Below are positions 1 to 8,429 of a stretch of DNA of 64,000 nt, one piece after another (position 1 is the stretch's first letter; the number at the start of each line of letters is the position of its first letter). Both the position numbers and the translations under genes were made by a program. Under the pieces are notes generated by a model. That model worked only from the letters and a program-made list of their open reading frames with translations, did not search any database and was not told where the DNA came from. Source of the DNA: Pseudomonadota bacterium (GTDB lineage: Bacteria > Pseudomonadota > Alphaproteobacteria > Rickettsiales > UBA3002); contig CAUJIC010000025.1 of the NCBI GenBank assembly GCA_963205305.1, forward strand, positions 13,554 to 77,553, written 5' to 3'.

Positions 1-407
1 ACGACATAATTGACTTTATTGGTGAAGCCATCGAGCGAGTACATCATCGGCAAATTGAGGGTACGAAACGGCACCGCACCTGCAAGCAGCCCGCCGCCGA
101 TGGTGGTGCTGGTGAGTATGGTGATAGTGCAATCTTCGAGCCCATAGGTAGTGGTGGTGGGTGCGGTGGTTTTGAGCGCTGGGCACGGAAGCCTGCCATA
201 TACCGAGAAAAATTGTGCAATGGCCTCATCGACCGTCACCATGCGTTCGCGGCTGATAGAAGTGGCGGTGCGGTTGAGATAATTTGCAGCCATTTCAAGC
301 CCAAAAGTGGCCATAACGCTCATAATGGCAATCACAACCGACAGCTCGACCAAGCTAAAACCGTCGCTCGCACGTGCACCAGAGGAGAATCGGGGTAATA
401 TCCGCAT
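1..407 (-). CDS. Type IV pilin / pseudopilin-like protein (N-terminal part; gene runs off the window start)
   Basis: Not in the ORF track because it leaves the window. My translation from the ATG at 407 is MRILPRFSSGARASDGFSLVELSVVIAIMSV... This shows a short leader, a G/FSLVE prepilin cleavage-methylation motif and a hydrophobic helix. Confidence 0.7.
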   Translation of the reverse strand, partial: MRILPRFSSGARASDGFSLVELSVVIAIMSVMATFGLEMAANYLNRTATSISRERMVTVDEAIAQFFSVYGRLPCPALKTTAPTTTTYGLEDCTITILTSTTIGGGLLAGAVPFRTLNLPMMYSLDGFTNKVNYV

Positions 408-526
408 GGGCGGAGTATAGCGTAAAATCCTTAAGAGGTGATTAATCCCTCGCCATCGCCCAATGATTCGCTTTATTAGTTGAGCAGTGAGGTTTTTTTG
501 CTACGAAGGGCAGGCACAACCCATGT

Positions 527-602
527 GGGGCGATAGCTCAGCGGTTAGAGCAGGGCGCTCATAACGCCTTGGTCGGGGGTTCAAATCCCTCTCGCCCCAC
601 CA
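527..602 (+). tRNA. tRNA with CAU anticodon (elongator tRNA-Met type; tRNA-Ile2 not excluded)
   Basis: GGGGCGATAGCTCAGCGGTTAGAGCAGGGCGCTCATAACGCCTTGGTCGGGGGTTCAAATCCCTCTCGCCCCACCA folds as a cloverleaf. G1-C72 is paired and there is no GGG/CCC anticodon stem, so it is not an initiator. CCA is encoded. Confidence 0.9.
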
Positions 603-663
603 CACCCCTCTGGCGCGGCTGGTTTATGGGATGAGTAACTACGAGGCATTGGTCGCTCGTAGG

Positions 664-1557
664 CTAGAAATTACTTTGCGCGATTTTCTCGGTGATAAAG
701 CTGCGGAACACTTTTATCCGCTTCGAGTTTTTAAGTTCCATCGGGTAGACGTACCACGCTTCGGTAATGGGACCCGAAACATCGTTAAGCACCGTGCTGA
801 CATGGCGCGTGCGATGCATCAGGTAGTTTGGCAGCGCTGCGATCCCCATACCCTGTTTTACCATGGTGCGCAGCGCAAGGAGTGAGTTTGCTGTGAAATA
901 GGGTGTAAGCTTGGTCTTTGTTTTCAGCGCGAACATCCAATTTACTTCGGGAAATGGCATGATGTTATAGGAACTATCGAAACCTAGAAGTCGATGCGTG
1001 GTAAGATCATCAATCGATGTGGGGGTGCCGTATTTTCGTAAGTAATCATTCGAAGCATACAGCGAGTTTTGCAGTGTCATCATGGGGATTTGTACTAAAT
1101 CCAGCTGGTGTGTGGGTTGGAAACGAATTGCCGCATCGGCTTCGCGTTTCGTCAGGTCAAACTCGCGATCTTCGCAGATGAGTGTCATCTGAATATCGGG
1201 ATAGAGGTCGCAATATTCCTTCATCTGCGCGGCGAGCCATAAGGTGCCAAACGTCGCAGGCACAGCCAGTTTAAACGAGCCTTTGGGTTTGAGCGTTACA
1301 TCCGCGAGCGAAATTTCGGTGGCCTCAAGTTTGGTGACCATTTCCGAGACGGTACGAAAAAGAATTTCGCCGTGCTCGGTTAAAACGAGCCCGCGCGCAT
1401 GGCGATGAAACAGCGGAATCCCGAGTTTTTCTTCGAGTGAGGAGACTTGGCGGCTAATGGCAGATTGGCTGAGGTTGAGTGCTTCGCCAGCACGTGTCAG
1501 GCTCTTATGGAGCCCCACTGTATGAAAGACTCTGAGCTTATCCCAATCCATGGCCAA
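664..1557 (-). CDS. LysR-family transcriptional regulator
   Basis: N-terminal HTH (LRVFHTVGLHKSLTRAGEALNLSQSAISRQVSSLEEKLG) followed by a LysR substrate-binding-like C-terminal domain; 297 aa. Confidence 0.9.
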   Translation of the reverse strand: MAMDWDKLRVFHTVGLHKSLTRAGEALNLSQSAISRQVSSLEEKLGIPLFHRHARGLVLTEHGEILFRTVSEMVTKLEATEISLADVTLKPKGSFKLAVPATFGTLWLAAQMKEYCDLYPDIQMTLICEDREFDLTKREADAAIRFQPTHQLDLVQIPMMTLQNSLYASNDYLRKYGTPTSIDDLTTHRLLGFDSSYNIMPFPEVNWMFALKTKTKLTPYFTANSLLALRTMVKQGMGIAALPNYLMHRTRHVSTVLNDVSGPITEAWYVYPMELKNSKRIKVFRSFITEKIAQSNF

Positions 1558-1599
1558 CCGTTACCAGTTTGCGGTGCAGCAATCAAGGAGCGAGTGCGC

Positions 1600-1794
1600 T
1601 TAACGCATCATAATGAGAAAGCCATTCGTCGTTTTGGCCATGGTGGTCGTCATGGTTGAGTCGTCCCAGTTTATGGCAGCCATTTGTTGCGAAGTAGCCG
1701 CGTTAGTTTGGGTATTCGAGGGGGTGGTCTTTCCTGCACAGGCGCTGCATACTAGTAGCACGGCAATCAGTGTATATCGACTAAGCTGTGTCAT
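1600..1794 (-). CDS. Small exported or lipoprotein-like protein (64 aa)
   Basis: AGGAGGTG lies 5 nt upstream of the ATG at 1794. The product MTQLSRYTLIAVLLVCSACAGK... has a signal-like hydrophobic segment ending in Cys. It sits directly upstream of and co-oriented with the LysR gene. Confidence 0.4.
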   Translation of the reverse strand: MTQLSRYTLIAVLLVCSACAGKTTPSNTQTNAATSQQMAAINWDDSTMTTTMAKTTNGFLIMMR

Positions 1795-1994
1795 ACCCAC
1801 CTCCTATGTTGTGCCACTGTGGTGGCTTTCTTTGCACCCTCTATGCAATGAAAGGTGGAAGATGAGGAGTATCGAGTTTGCATGATAGCCATGCGTTTGG
1901 TGCAACGCTGGGTGTTTGGGCGTCATTTTTCTTCCTATTTGGTTACGTCTAAGCTAGGGATAATTCTTCATTTTATGAAAAAAAGGCGACATTC

Positions 1995-3449
1995 ATGAGC
2001 GAACCCAAATCATCGGCTGCAACCAGCGCCCATACCCCGCTTATTGTCGATCTCGATGGAACGCTTGTGACGACCGACGTGTTCATCGAAGACGCGTTTG
2101 CCTATATTGGCAGTCATCTGGCTGGTATGTTGAACGTTCTGGGTGCGCTCTTTCGTGGCAAGGCACAACTTAAACAGCTTGTTGCCGCGCAAACGGGGTT
2201 TGATGCCGCATTGTTGCCCTACAACGAAACCGTGCTTGCCTATATTAAGGTAGCAAAAGCATCGGGGCGTAAAATCTATCTGGCTACGGCGGCCAATGAG
2301 CAGCGTGCCGAGGCAGTGGCCAAGTATCTTGGTGTGTTCGATGGTGTGTTTGCCTCCACCGCAACCAACAACCTTTCGGGCAGCAACAAAGCGCGGCTGT
2401 TGGTCGAAAAATTTGGCAAAGGCCAGTTCGATTATATCGGCAACGAAACCAAGGATCTCAAAATTTGGCGCGAGGGGCGCGAGGCCATTATTGTTAGTAG
2501 TTCGGCAGCATTGGTGCGGCAGGCACGCGCAGTGGCGCCTTCATGCATCGTACTCGACAGCGGGGTAAAATGCTCCGCTAGGGATTGGCGCAAAGCACTT
2601 CGCATCCACCAATATTCCAAAAACACACTGGTGTTCATTCCGCTGCTGACCTCGCACAGCTTTACTGCGGCGGCGCTTATCAATTCCATCACCGCGTTTG
2701 TTGCCTTTAGTTTGGCGGCATCGAGCATCTACCTGATTAATGATTTAATCGATATTTGGGCGGATCGTCGCCACCCCACCAAGTGCAAGCGCCCACTGGC
2801 CCGCGGTGTTATTACACCCAAAGCAGGAATTTTTGCGGCGTTTGGTTTGATGCTGGCCGCGCTTTGGATTGCCACCACGCTTTCCTATTACTACCTTGCG
2901 GTGCTTGTTGGTTATATCGTTCTCACCACTTCGTACTCGTTGTTCATTAAACGCAAACTGCTGATCGATATTATTGTGCTATCGCTGCTGTACACGATGC
3001 GTATCTGGGCGGGCGCGGCGGCGATTGATGTGGCGCTTTCCAACTGGCTGCTCACCTTTTCGCTGTTCATTTTCACAGCATTGGCGCTGATTAAACGCTA
3101 CACGGAGCTGGCGACCCGATTGGATGCGAACCTCGATAACCCAAGCAACCGCAATTACCGCAAGGATGATTTGCCTGTCATCGGTGCGCTGGCGGCGGCG
3201 TGCGGCATGAACGCGGTGACGGTCTTTGCGCTCTATGTTTCTTCCGACGCGGTGGCGGCACTTTACCCGCACCCTGATTTTTTATGGATCAACTGCCCCA
3301 TCCTTATCTATTTATTCGGCCGCATGCTGATGATGGCGCAGCGCCGCGAAATGCACGATGACCCCATTGTGTTTGTGCTGCATGACCGCATTTGGCGCAT
3401 TGCGATTGTCATCATGGCGGCGGTGTTTCTCCTCGCCATGTTTGCCTGA
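1995..3449 (+). CDS. Fusion protein: HAD-superfamily phosphatase domain + UbiA-family polyprenyl-phosphate phosphoribosyltransferase-like domain
   Basis: N-terminal HAD motifs (VDLDGTLV; GNETKD). The C-terminal polytopic domain carries NDLIDIWADRRHPTKCKRPLARG, the UbiA NDxxDxxxD motif in the form I recognise from DPPR-synthase-type enzymes. Confidence 0.75.
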   Translation: MSEPKSSAATSAHTPLIVDLDGTLVTTDVFIEDAFAYIGSHLAGMLNVLGALFRGKAQLKQLVAAQTGFDAALLPYNETVLAYIKVAKASGRKIYLATAANEQRAEAVAKYLGVFDGVFASTATNNLSGSNKARLLVEKFGKGQFDYIGNETKDLKIWREGREAIIVSSSAALVRQARAVAPSCIVLDSGVKCSARDWRKALRIHQYSKNTLVFIPLLTSHSFTAAALINSITAFVAFSLAASSIYLINDLIDIWADRRHPTKCKRPLARGVITPKAGIFAAFGLMLAALWIATTLSYYYLAVLVGYIVLTTSYSLFIKRKLLIDIIVLSLLYTMRIWAGAAAIDVALSNWLLTFSLFIFTALALIKRYTELATRLDANLDNPSNRNYRKDDLPVIGALAAACGMNAVTVFALYVSSDAVAALYPHPDFLWINCPILIYLFGRMLMMAQRREMHDDPIVFVLHDRIWRIAIVIMAAVFLLAMFA

Positions 3450-3463
3450 TACAAGGAAGAATC

Positions 3464-4828
3464 ATGAAAAAAGAATGGCTCGCTAACTATCCTCTCCGCG
3501 TGCTTTTGGTACTGGCGGTGCTTATCCATGGCTTGTTATTGTGCTACGATATTTCGATTGATTTTGCGCCGTTTGTGCATGGCGATCGCAGTTTTGTGCG
3601 CTTTGAAATCATGCAGCATGTGGTGCAATCTCTATCGGGCGATGGCCTTGGCGCGTTGGTGCATAGCGGCGTGATTCCCGGCGAATTTCTATTCCAGCTT
3701 CCTGCCTATATGCTGGCGGGTAAAGCAGGCGTGGTTCTCTTTCAAATTGCCCTCACTATTCTTTCCGTCATTGCACTGGCGAAGCTGGCGGGTTCACTCT
3801 TTTCGTGGCGTTATGCAGCATTCACGGCGGGGCTGGTCTATCTTTTGGTGCCGCAAAATCTGGTCTTTGCCCACCAGTTCGTGACCGAGGCAACGAGTGT
3901 GCCGTTTTGCATTTTCTTTCTCTATTCCATGCATACCTATCTTAAGGGCGGTAACATCCGAAACGCAGTGATTGGTGGCGGGTGGCTTGGCCTTGCGATT
4001 TTCATCCGCCCCTCGTTGTTGCTTGTCATCCCTGTGCTTCTTGGGTTTTGCGTTCTCTATCGTATTACTAAAGTCTATCGGCCCACCAAAGGTGTGCCTA
4101 TTGCCTGTGCAATTGCTGCGCTTCCCCTCGCACTCTGGATTGCTATTTTCACTACCGCCACGGGCCATGTTGGCTACACCACGGGTGTGGCAAATTTGGG
4201 CTGGAACTTGCGTAGCAAGACCTTCCTTGCGGCAGAGATGAATGGGTTTGAAAAGCCGAACGAGGTCAAACAATTCAAGGATTATGACTCGCTGTATGCC
4301 GATTCGAACGGCATCAGCGTTAGCCGGTTTCTCGCGATTGCGCGCGAACATCCTGCTGCTTACATCAAGGCAGCAATCACCGATGTGGCGATTGTATTTG
4401 GCAAAGGCAACACCACCAAACTAACCGTCGATTATTTTGGCATTGCGCGCGATAGCAACATCAAGGATTGGCGCAATGTGCTGGAGTCGCAGGGCGTCAA
4501 AGCGCTTGGGAAGTGGGCCGTTGCGCGCGCCGATATGCTGGCCGTGACCGCGATTGAAATCATCTGGTCGCTGGTTACTAGCGTCACCTCGTTTGTGGTC
4601 ATTCTGCTGCTGGTGGTGTGGCTTGTGCTGCCATCGCGTTTGGCTGCCCGCGCCACGCCCAGCGAGTTCGGACTCATGCTTATCATGGCTTCGCTGCTGG
4701 TGTCGGTGCTTCTAAGCGCCGAGATGGTCGACCGCGCGCAAGCACGCTTGCGTAACCCTGCCGAAGGTGCGGTGATCCTGTTGCTGGGCTATGCGCTGTC
4801 GCTACGAAAAAACAATCAGGCCACCTAG
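3464..4828 (+). CDS. Polytopic membrane protein, candidate GT-C (ArnT/PMT-like) glycosyltransferase
   Basis: ATG at 3464 preceded by AAGGAAGA, 15 nt after the UbiA-fusion stop. About 10 or more hydrophobic segments, with a soluble loop near residues 280-380 followed by terminal TM helices. The call rests on architecture and context only. Confidence 0.45.
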   Translation: MKKEWLANYPLRVLLVLAVLIHGLLLCYDISIDFAPFVHGDRSFVRFEIMQHVVQSLSGDGLGALVHSGVIPGEFLFQLPAYMLAGKAGVVLFQIALTILSVIALAKLAGSLFSWRYAAFTAGLVYLLVPQNLVFAHQFVTEATSVPFCIFFLYSMHTYLKGGNIRNAVIGGGWLGLAIFIRPSLLLVIPVLLGFCVLYRITKVYRPTKGVPIACAIAALPLALWIAIFTTATGHVGYTTGVANLGWNLRSKTFLAAEMNGFEKPNEVKQFKDYDSLYADSNGISVSRFLAIAREHPAAYIKAAITDVAIVFGKGNTTKLTVDYFGIARDSNIKDWRNVLESQGVKALGKWAVARADMLAVTAIEIIWSLVTSVTSFVVILLLVVWLVLPSRLAARATPSEFGLMLIMASLLVSVLLSAEMVDRAQARLRNPAEGAVILLLGYALSLRKNNQAT

Positions 4829-4832
4829 CGGG

Positions 4833-6320
4833 CTAGGCGCTGCGACGGTTGAGGATGTCATCACCCACCCGAAGGGCAAGCGCAAAAATGGTAAGCACAG
4901 TGTTGACGGCGCCAGCGGTGGGCAGCACGCTTGCGTCGGCGACGTAGAGATTATCGATACCATGCACGCGGCAACGTGCATCGACCACCGAAGTGGCAGG
5001 GTCGTTCCCCATGCGGGCGGTGCCCACCTCGTGCCATAAATAGGGTTTACGTTTGCGGGCAATGCTGCGATAGCCAATGCGGCCGAACGCAGCGACGGCT
5101 AATTGGCGCAGTTTCTCAAAACTTTGCAAGTTATGCGCGGGCTGGATAGTTTCGACCACGTGGTTGTTTTCATCGAACACCAGCCCAGCTTCGCGCGTGG
5201 GTAGGGCTTCGCTCATGTAGAAAAACATCAGCGATGACTTGCCGATGAGATAGGCCAGCGGGCGCATGATGCGCGATGCTTGCCGCCAGAACGGCACCTG
5301 ACCCGCCGATTGAATGACCCCCAGCGGATGCGGCCAATCGGGCGCGCGGTGATAATATTGGTTCAGCGCGAACGATTTGGTGTGCAGCGCTTTCATCGAT
5401 AAAAACGAAGTCAGCAGAAATACCATGCCGACCGAATGACCAGCCAAATAGCGCCCTAGTGCCCCCCCGTTATTGCCCAGCCCTGCGGGGTGGCGCGCGT
5501 TACGCGAGCGGCGCAACAGCAAGGCGCTTTCAGGGATGCCCGCGCTGACGATGATCGTTTCGGCATGCAGCGTATGCTGCACTTCGGCTTGCTGCAGAAC
5601 CACGCCCGTGGCCTGTGTGCCTGCCTCATTAGTGAGGACGCGCAGACATTCGGTTTCTGTCAGTAGCGTTACATTACCAGTGGCGAGTGCTGGGCGAAGC
5701 GCGGCTGTTTCAGCATCCATTTTTGCATCGAACGGGCAAACATACGCATCGCAGGTAGTGCACATAATGCACGATCCACCCGCACCATAATCCAGCCCAC
5801 GGGGGATGACCGCAGTAGGGTAGCCCGCCGCGTTGAGCCGCTTCGCAAGATCGGCCATCAGCGGTGGGTAGGGAATGGGCGGATGCGGGAATGGCGCGCT
5901 GCGCGGCGGCTCGGTGGCATCTTCCTCGGCGGTGCCATGGATGCGGTAGAGCTTCTCGGCCATAAGGTAATAGGGTTCCAGTTCGGCATAGGTGATTGGC
6001 CATGCTGGCGAGATTCCACTCTCGTGCACTACTTCCTCGAAGTCGCTTTCGCGAAAACGGTAATGCGCCGCGCCGTAAAATTTGGTCAGCCCGCCGACAA
6101 AACCTGTGTTCGATTTTGCCTGTTGCTGGATATCGTAGATATAGTTGCTTGCGGGTTTGCTACTGGCCGCTGGTTTTAGCCATGTGCCGCGCTCAACGAC
6201 GAGCACGCGCTTGCCGCCATGGGCAAGCCGATGGGCCGCCGTGCTGCCACCTGCGCCACTGCCAATAATGATGACATCGTAGCGCGGGGCGGGGTTGGTC
6301 ATGAGGTCGGAAAGCTTCAT
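4833..6320 (-). CDS. GMC-family FAD-dependent oxidoreductase
   Basis: N-terminal YDVIIIGSGAGGSTAAHRL...VLVVERG Rossmann FAD motif. C-terminal VHGIDNLYVADASVLPTAGAVNT GMC signature. Confidence 0.85.
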   Translation of the reverse strand: MKLSDLMTNPAPRYDVIIIGSGAGGSTAAHRLAHGGKRVLVVERGTWLKPAASSKPASNYIYDIQQQAKSNTGFVGGLTKFYGAAHYRFRESDFEEVVHESGISPAWPITYAELEPYYLMAEKLYRIHGTAEEDATEPPRSAPFPHPPIPYPPLMADLAKRLNAAGYPTAVIPRGLDYGAGGSCIMCTTCDAYVCPFDAKMDAETAALRPALATGNVTLLTETECLRVLTNEAGTQATGVVLQQAEVQHTLHAETIIVSAGIPESALLLRRSRNARHPAGLGNNGGALGRYLAGHSVGMVFLLTSFLSMKALHTKSFALNQYYHRAPDWPHPLGVIQSAGQVPFWRQASRIMRPLAYLIGKSSLMFFYMSEALPTREAGLVFDENNHVVETIQPAHNLQSFEKLRQLAVAAFGRIGYRSIARKRKPYLWHEVGTARMGNDPATSVVDARCRVHGIDNLYVADASVLPTAGAVNTVLTIFALALRVGDDILNRRSA

Positions 6321-6345
6321 CCGCGCAGCTTAAGGCGCCGCCATG

Positions 6346-6438
6346 GATACATCAAGCATCAAGGTTAGTTTGGATTAACCCCAGCGTTATAAAGATTTAC
6401 CTTGTGCGGTGCAGTTGTTACACTGCGCACGAATTTCA
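6346..6438 (+). repeat. Copy A of a ~93-bp promoter-like repeat (upstream of the GH16 gene)
   Basis: Shares two conserved blocks with 8198-8291. Contains TTTACC-17 nt-TACACT (6396-6424) and the dyad GTGCAGT-N6-ACTGCGC overlapping the -10-like box. Confidence 0.6.
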
Positions 6439-6467
6439 CCCACTGCGCGTTATGAGGCTCAAAGAAA

Positions 6468-7214
6468 ATGGCATATTATATTCATCGGCTCATGGCGTTG
6501 GTTTGTGTTTGCCTTAGCATGGCGCACGGCGCTTACGCGCAGGAAAAAAAATCAGATGAATACGGTTTTTCGGAAACGTTTTCTACGCTCGACCTAGCAC
6601 GCTGGAACGTTGCGCATGGCTGGGCGAATGGGCCGCACCAATCGTGCGAATTGCGCAACGACGCAGTTTCGATAAACAACGATAGATTGGTGCTCACCGT
6701 CTCGGATCGCGGTGGGCAAGTGCGGCCGATTGGCTGCCCTGCTATCAGCACCAAAGCGCGGTTGAGTTATGGTCGCTTTGAAGCGCGGATGCGTGCGGCC
6801 GCCGGTTCAGGTCTGAATACCTCACTTTTTAGCTACATTGGCCCACCCAATGGCGTGCCAGAATGGGACGAGATCGACTTCGAAATTTTGGGGAAAGACC
6901 CAACCAAAGTAGAAGTGAATTATGTGGTTAATGGAAAAACCATTAAAGGCAAAATCGTCGATATGGGGTTTGACTCCTCCAAGGATTTTCATGATTACGC
7001 CTTCGAGTGGACCAGAACCAGCATCACTTGGTATATCGATGGTAAAGTGGTTTACAAAACGCCTGAGGGAGCACCGATGCCGCGTAATGCTGCCCCCATG
7101 ATTCTGACGGTGTGGTCGGGTGCGGGATCGGTAGACGAGTGGATGGGTAAATTTCATTACACCAAGCCCATTACCGCTGAAGTTCTCTCGGCGAAATACA
7201 CGCCCTATGAATAG
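6468..7214 (+). CDS. Secreted glycoside hydrolase family 16 beta-glucanase (ExoK/lichenase-like)
   Basis: Signal peptide ...SMAHGAYA/QE. Catalytic GH16 motif EWDEIDFEILG. Confidence 0.85.
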   Translation: MAYYIHRLMALVCVCLSMAHGAYAQEKKSDEYGFSETFSTLDLARWNVAHGWANGPHQSCELRNDAVSINNDRLVLTVSDRGGQVRPIGCPAISTKARLSYGRFEARMRAAAGSGLNTSLFSYIGPPNGVPEWDEIDFEILGKDPTKVEVNYVVNGKTIKGKIVDMGFDSSKDFHDYAFEWTRTSITWYIDGKVVYKTPEGAPMPRNAAPMILTVWSGAGSVDEWMGKFHYTKPITAEVLSAKYTPYE

Positions 7215-7244
7215 TGCTACAAGTAAACACGAAGTGAATTATCT

Positions 7245-8429
7245 ATGACAGCTCAGTCGCCCCTCACCACATTTGCTGAGAAGTTGGCACATGCAAAAGG
7301 GCGCCCTTCGGGGTTCGATTACCTGCGGTTATTTTTGGCAGTTGAAGTTTTGGTGTGGCACACGGTGCTGATGACGCAAGGTTTGAGCGTTCAAAACGAC
7401 ATCCTAAACGAATCGATATTCCGCTCGATTCCATCGCTAATATTGCCCATGTTTTTTGCGTTGAGTGGCTTCCTCGTGGCAGGGAGTCTGGCGCGCGCCG
7501 AAAATATTTTTGATTTTGTGTGCTTGCGGTTGTTGCGCATCATGCCCGCGCTGTGCCTAGTTGTTTTGGTAGCCGCCTTGGTACTTGGCCCGCTACTAAC
7601 CACTGTTTCATGGGCGGAATATTTTTCTGACCCACGGTTTCTTCGCTATTTTCGAACATTGTTCGGCCATGTGCAGGAAGAGCTGCCGGCCGTATTCGAG
7701 AGCAATCCCTATCCCCATGTGGTGAACGGTCAACTTTGGACCATTCCCCTCGAGCTTTTATGTTATGCACTTTTAGCGGTACTTGCATTGGTTGGGGTCT
7801 ATCGTCGACCCAAGTTATTTCTGGCTGTGTTTGTGGCCGCACAAATGGCATTCGCGCTGCGAACCCTATTGGCGCCTGTGGTGTGGGGCAGTGTTCCAGC
7901 AAAAATTCTGTACCTATGTTTTTTAGCGGGGGCATTGCTCAGCGTGTATCGTGAGAGAATTCCCTTCCGCCGAGATGCGGCGTTGGCATGCGGGGCGTTG
8001 GCGTTTGGGCTGATGTATGTCGCGGGCGGCGGTTACTTTATTGCAGCACCTGTTGCTTACCTCACCATCTATGTGGGGTTGCTTAACCCCACGCGCAAAT
8101 TGATCGTGAGTAGCGGTGATTATTCCTATGGGGTCTATTTGTTTGCATTCCCTGTTCAGCAGTGGGTGGTGGCGATGCAAGGCGGGGTGCCCCCACCGAT
8201 ACATCAAGCGGCAAGGTTAGGGTGGCTGCCCCGCAGCATGATAATGATTTACCTTGTGCAGCGCAGTTGTTACACTGCGCGCGATATTTCATACGCTGTT
8301 GATGAGCGAGGGTTAGCGCCCATGGCAGTTGCTTTTGCGCGCGCACGACACGCTCGCAACATAACCAGATTTGGCGAAGGGTTAGCGGCCAATGCTTTTG
8401 GGGTCCAACAATACAGGCTTGGGGGTTAG
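7245..8429 (+). CDS. Acyltransferase-3 family membrane O-acyltransferase (ExoZ/OafA-like); 3' end probably remodelled
   Basis: FDYLRLFLAVEVLVWHT start and multiple TM segments up to ...YGVYLFAFPVQQWVV. The last ~85 codons are non-hydrophobic and read through repeat copy B. Confidence 0.75.
   Translation: MTAQSPLTTFAEKLAHAKGRPSGFDYLRLFLAVEVLVWHTVLMTQGLSVQNDILNESIFRSIPSLILPMFFALSGFLVAGSLARAENIFDFVCLRLLRIMPALCLVVLVAALVLGPLLTTVSWAEYFSDPRFLRYFRTLFGHVQEELPAVFESNPYPHVVNGQLWTIPLELLCYALLAVLALVGVYRRPKLFLAVFVAAQMAFALRTLLAPVVWGSVPAKILYLCFLAGALLSVYRERIPFRRDAALACGALAFGLMYVAGGGYFIAAPVAYLTIYVGLLNPTRKLIVSSGDYSYGVYLFAFPVQQWVVAMQGGVPPPIHQAARLGWLPRSMIMIYLVQRSCYTARDISYAVDERGLAPMAVAFARARHARNITRFGEGLAANAFGVQQYRLGG
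8198..8291 (+). repeat. Copy B of the ~93-bp promoter-like repeat (inside the 3' end of the acyltransferase ORF, upstream of the wzy-like gene)
   Basis: TTTACC-17 nt-TACACT at 8248-8276. Perfect dyad GCGCAGT-tgttac-ACTGCGC at 8261-8280. Confidence 0.6.

Noticed and set aside
7340-7365. Other TGGCAC occurrences checked as sigma-54 promoters (for example 7349 TGGCACacggtGCTGA, 17526, 30874, and minus-strand sites near 1240, 20213, 43683).
   Set aside because: All lack a TTGC-like -12 element at the correct GG-N10-GC spacing, and all lie inside coding regions.
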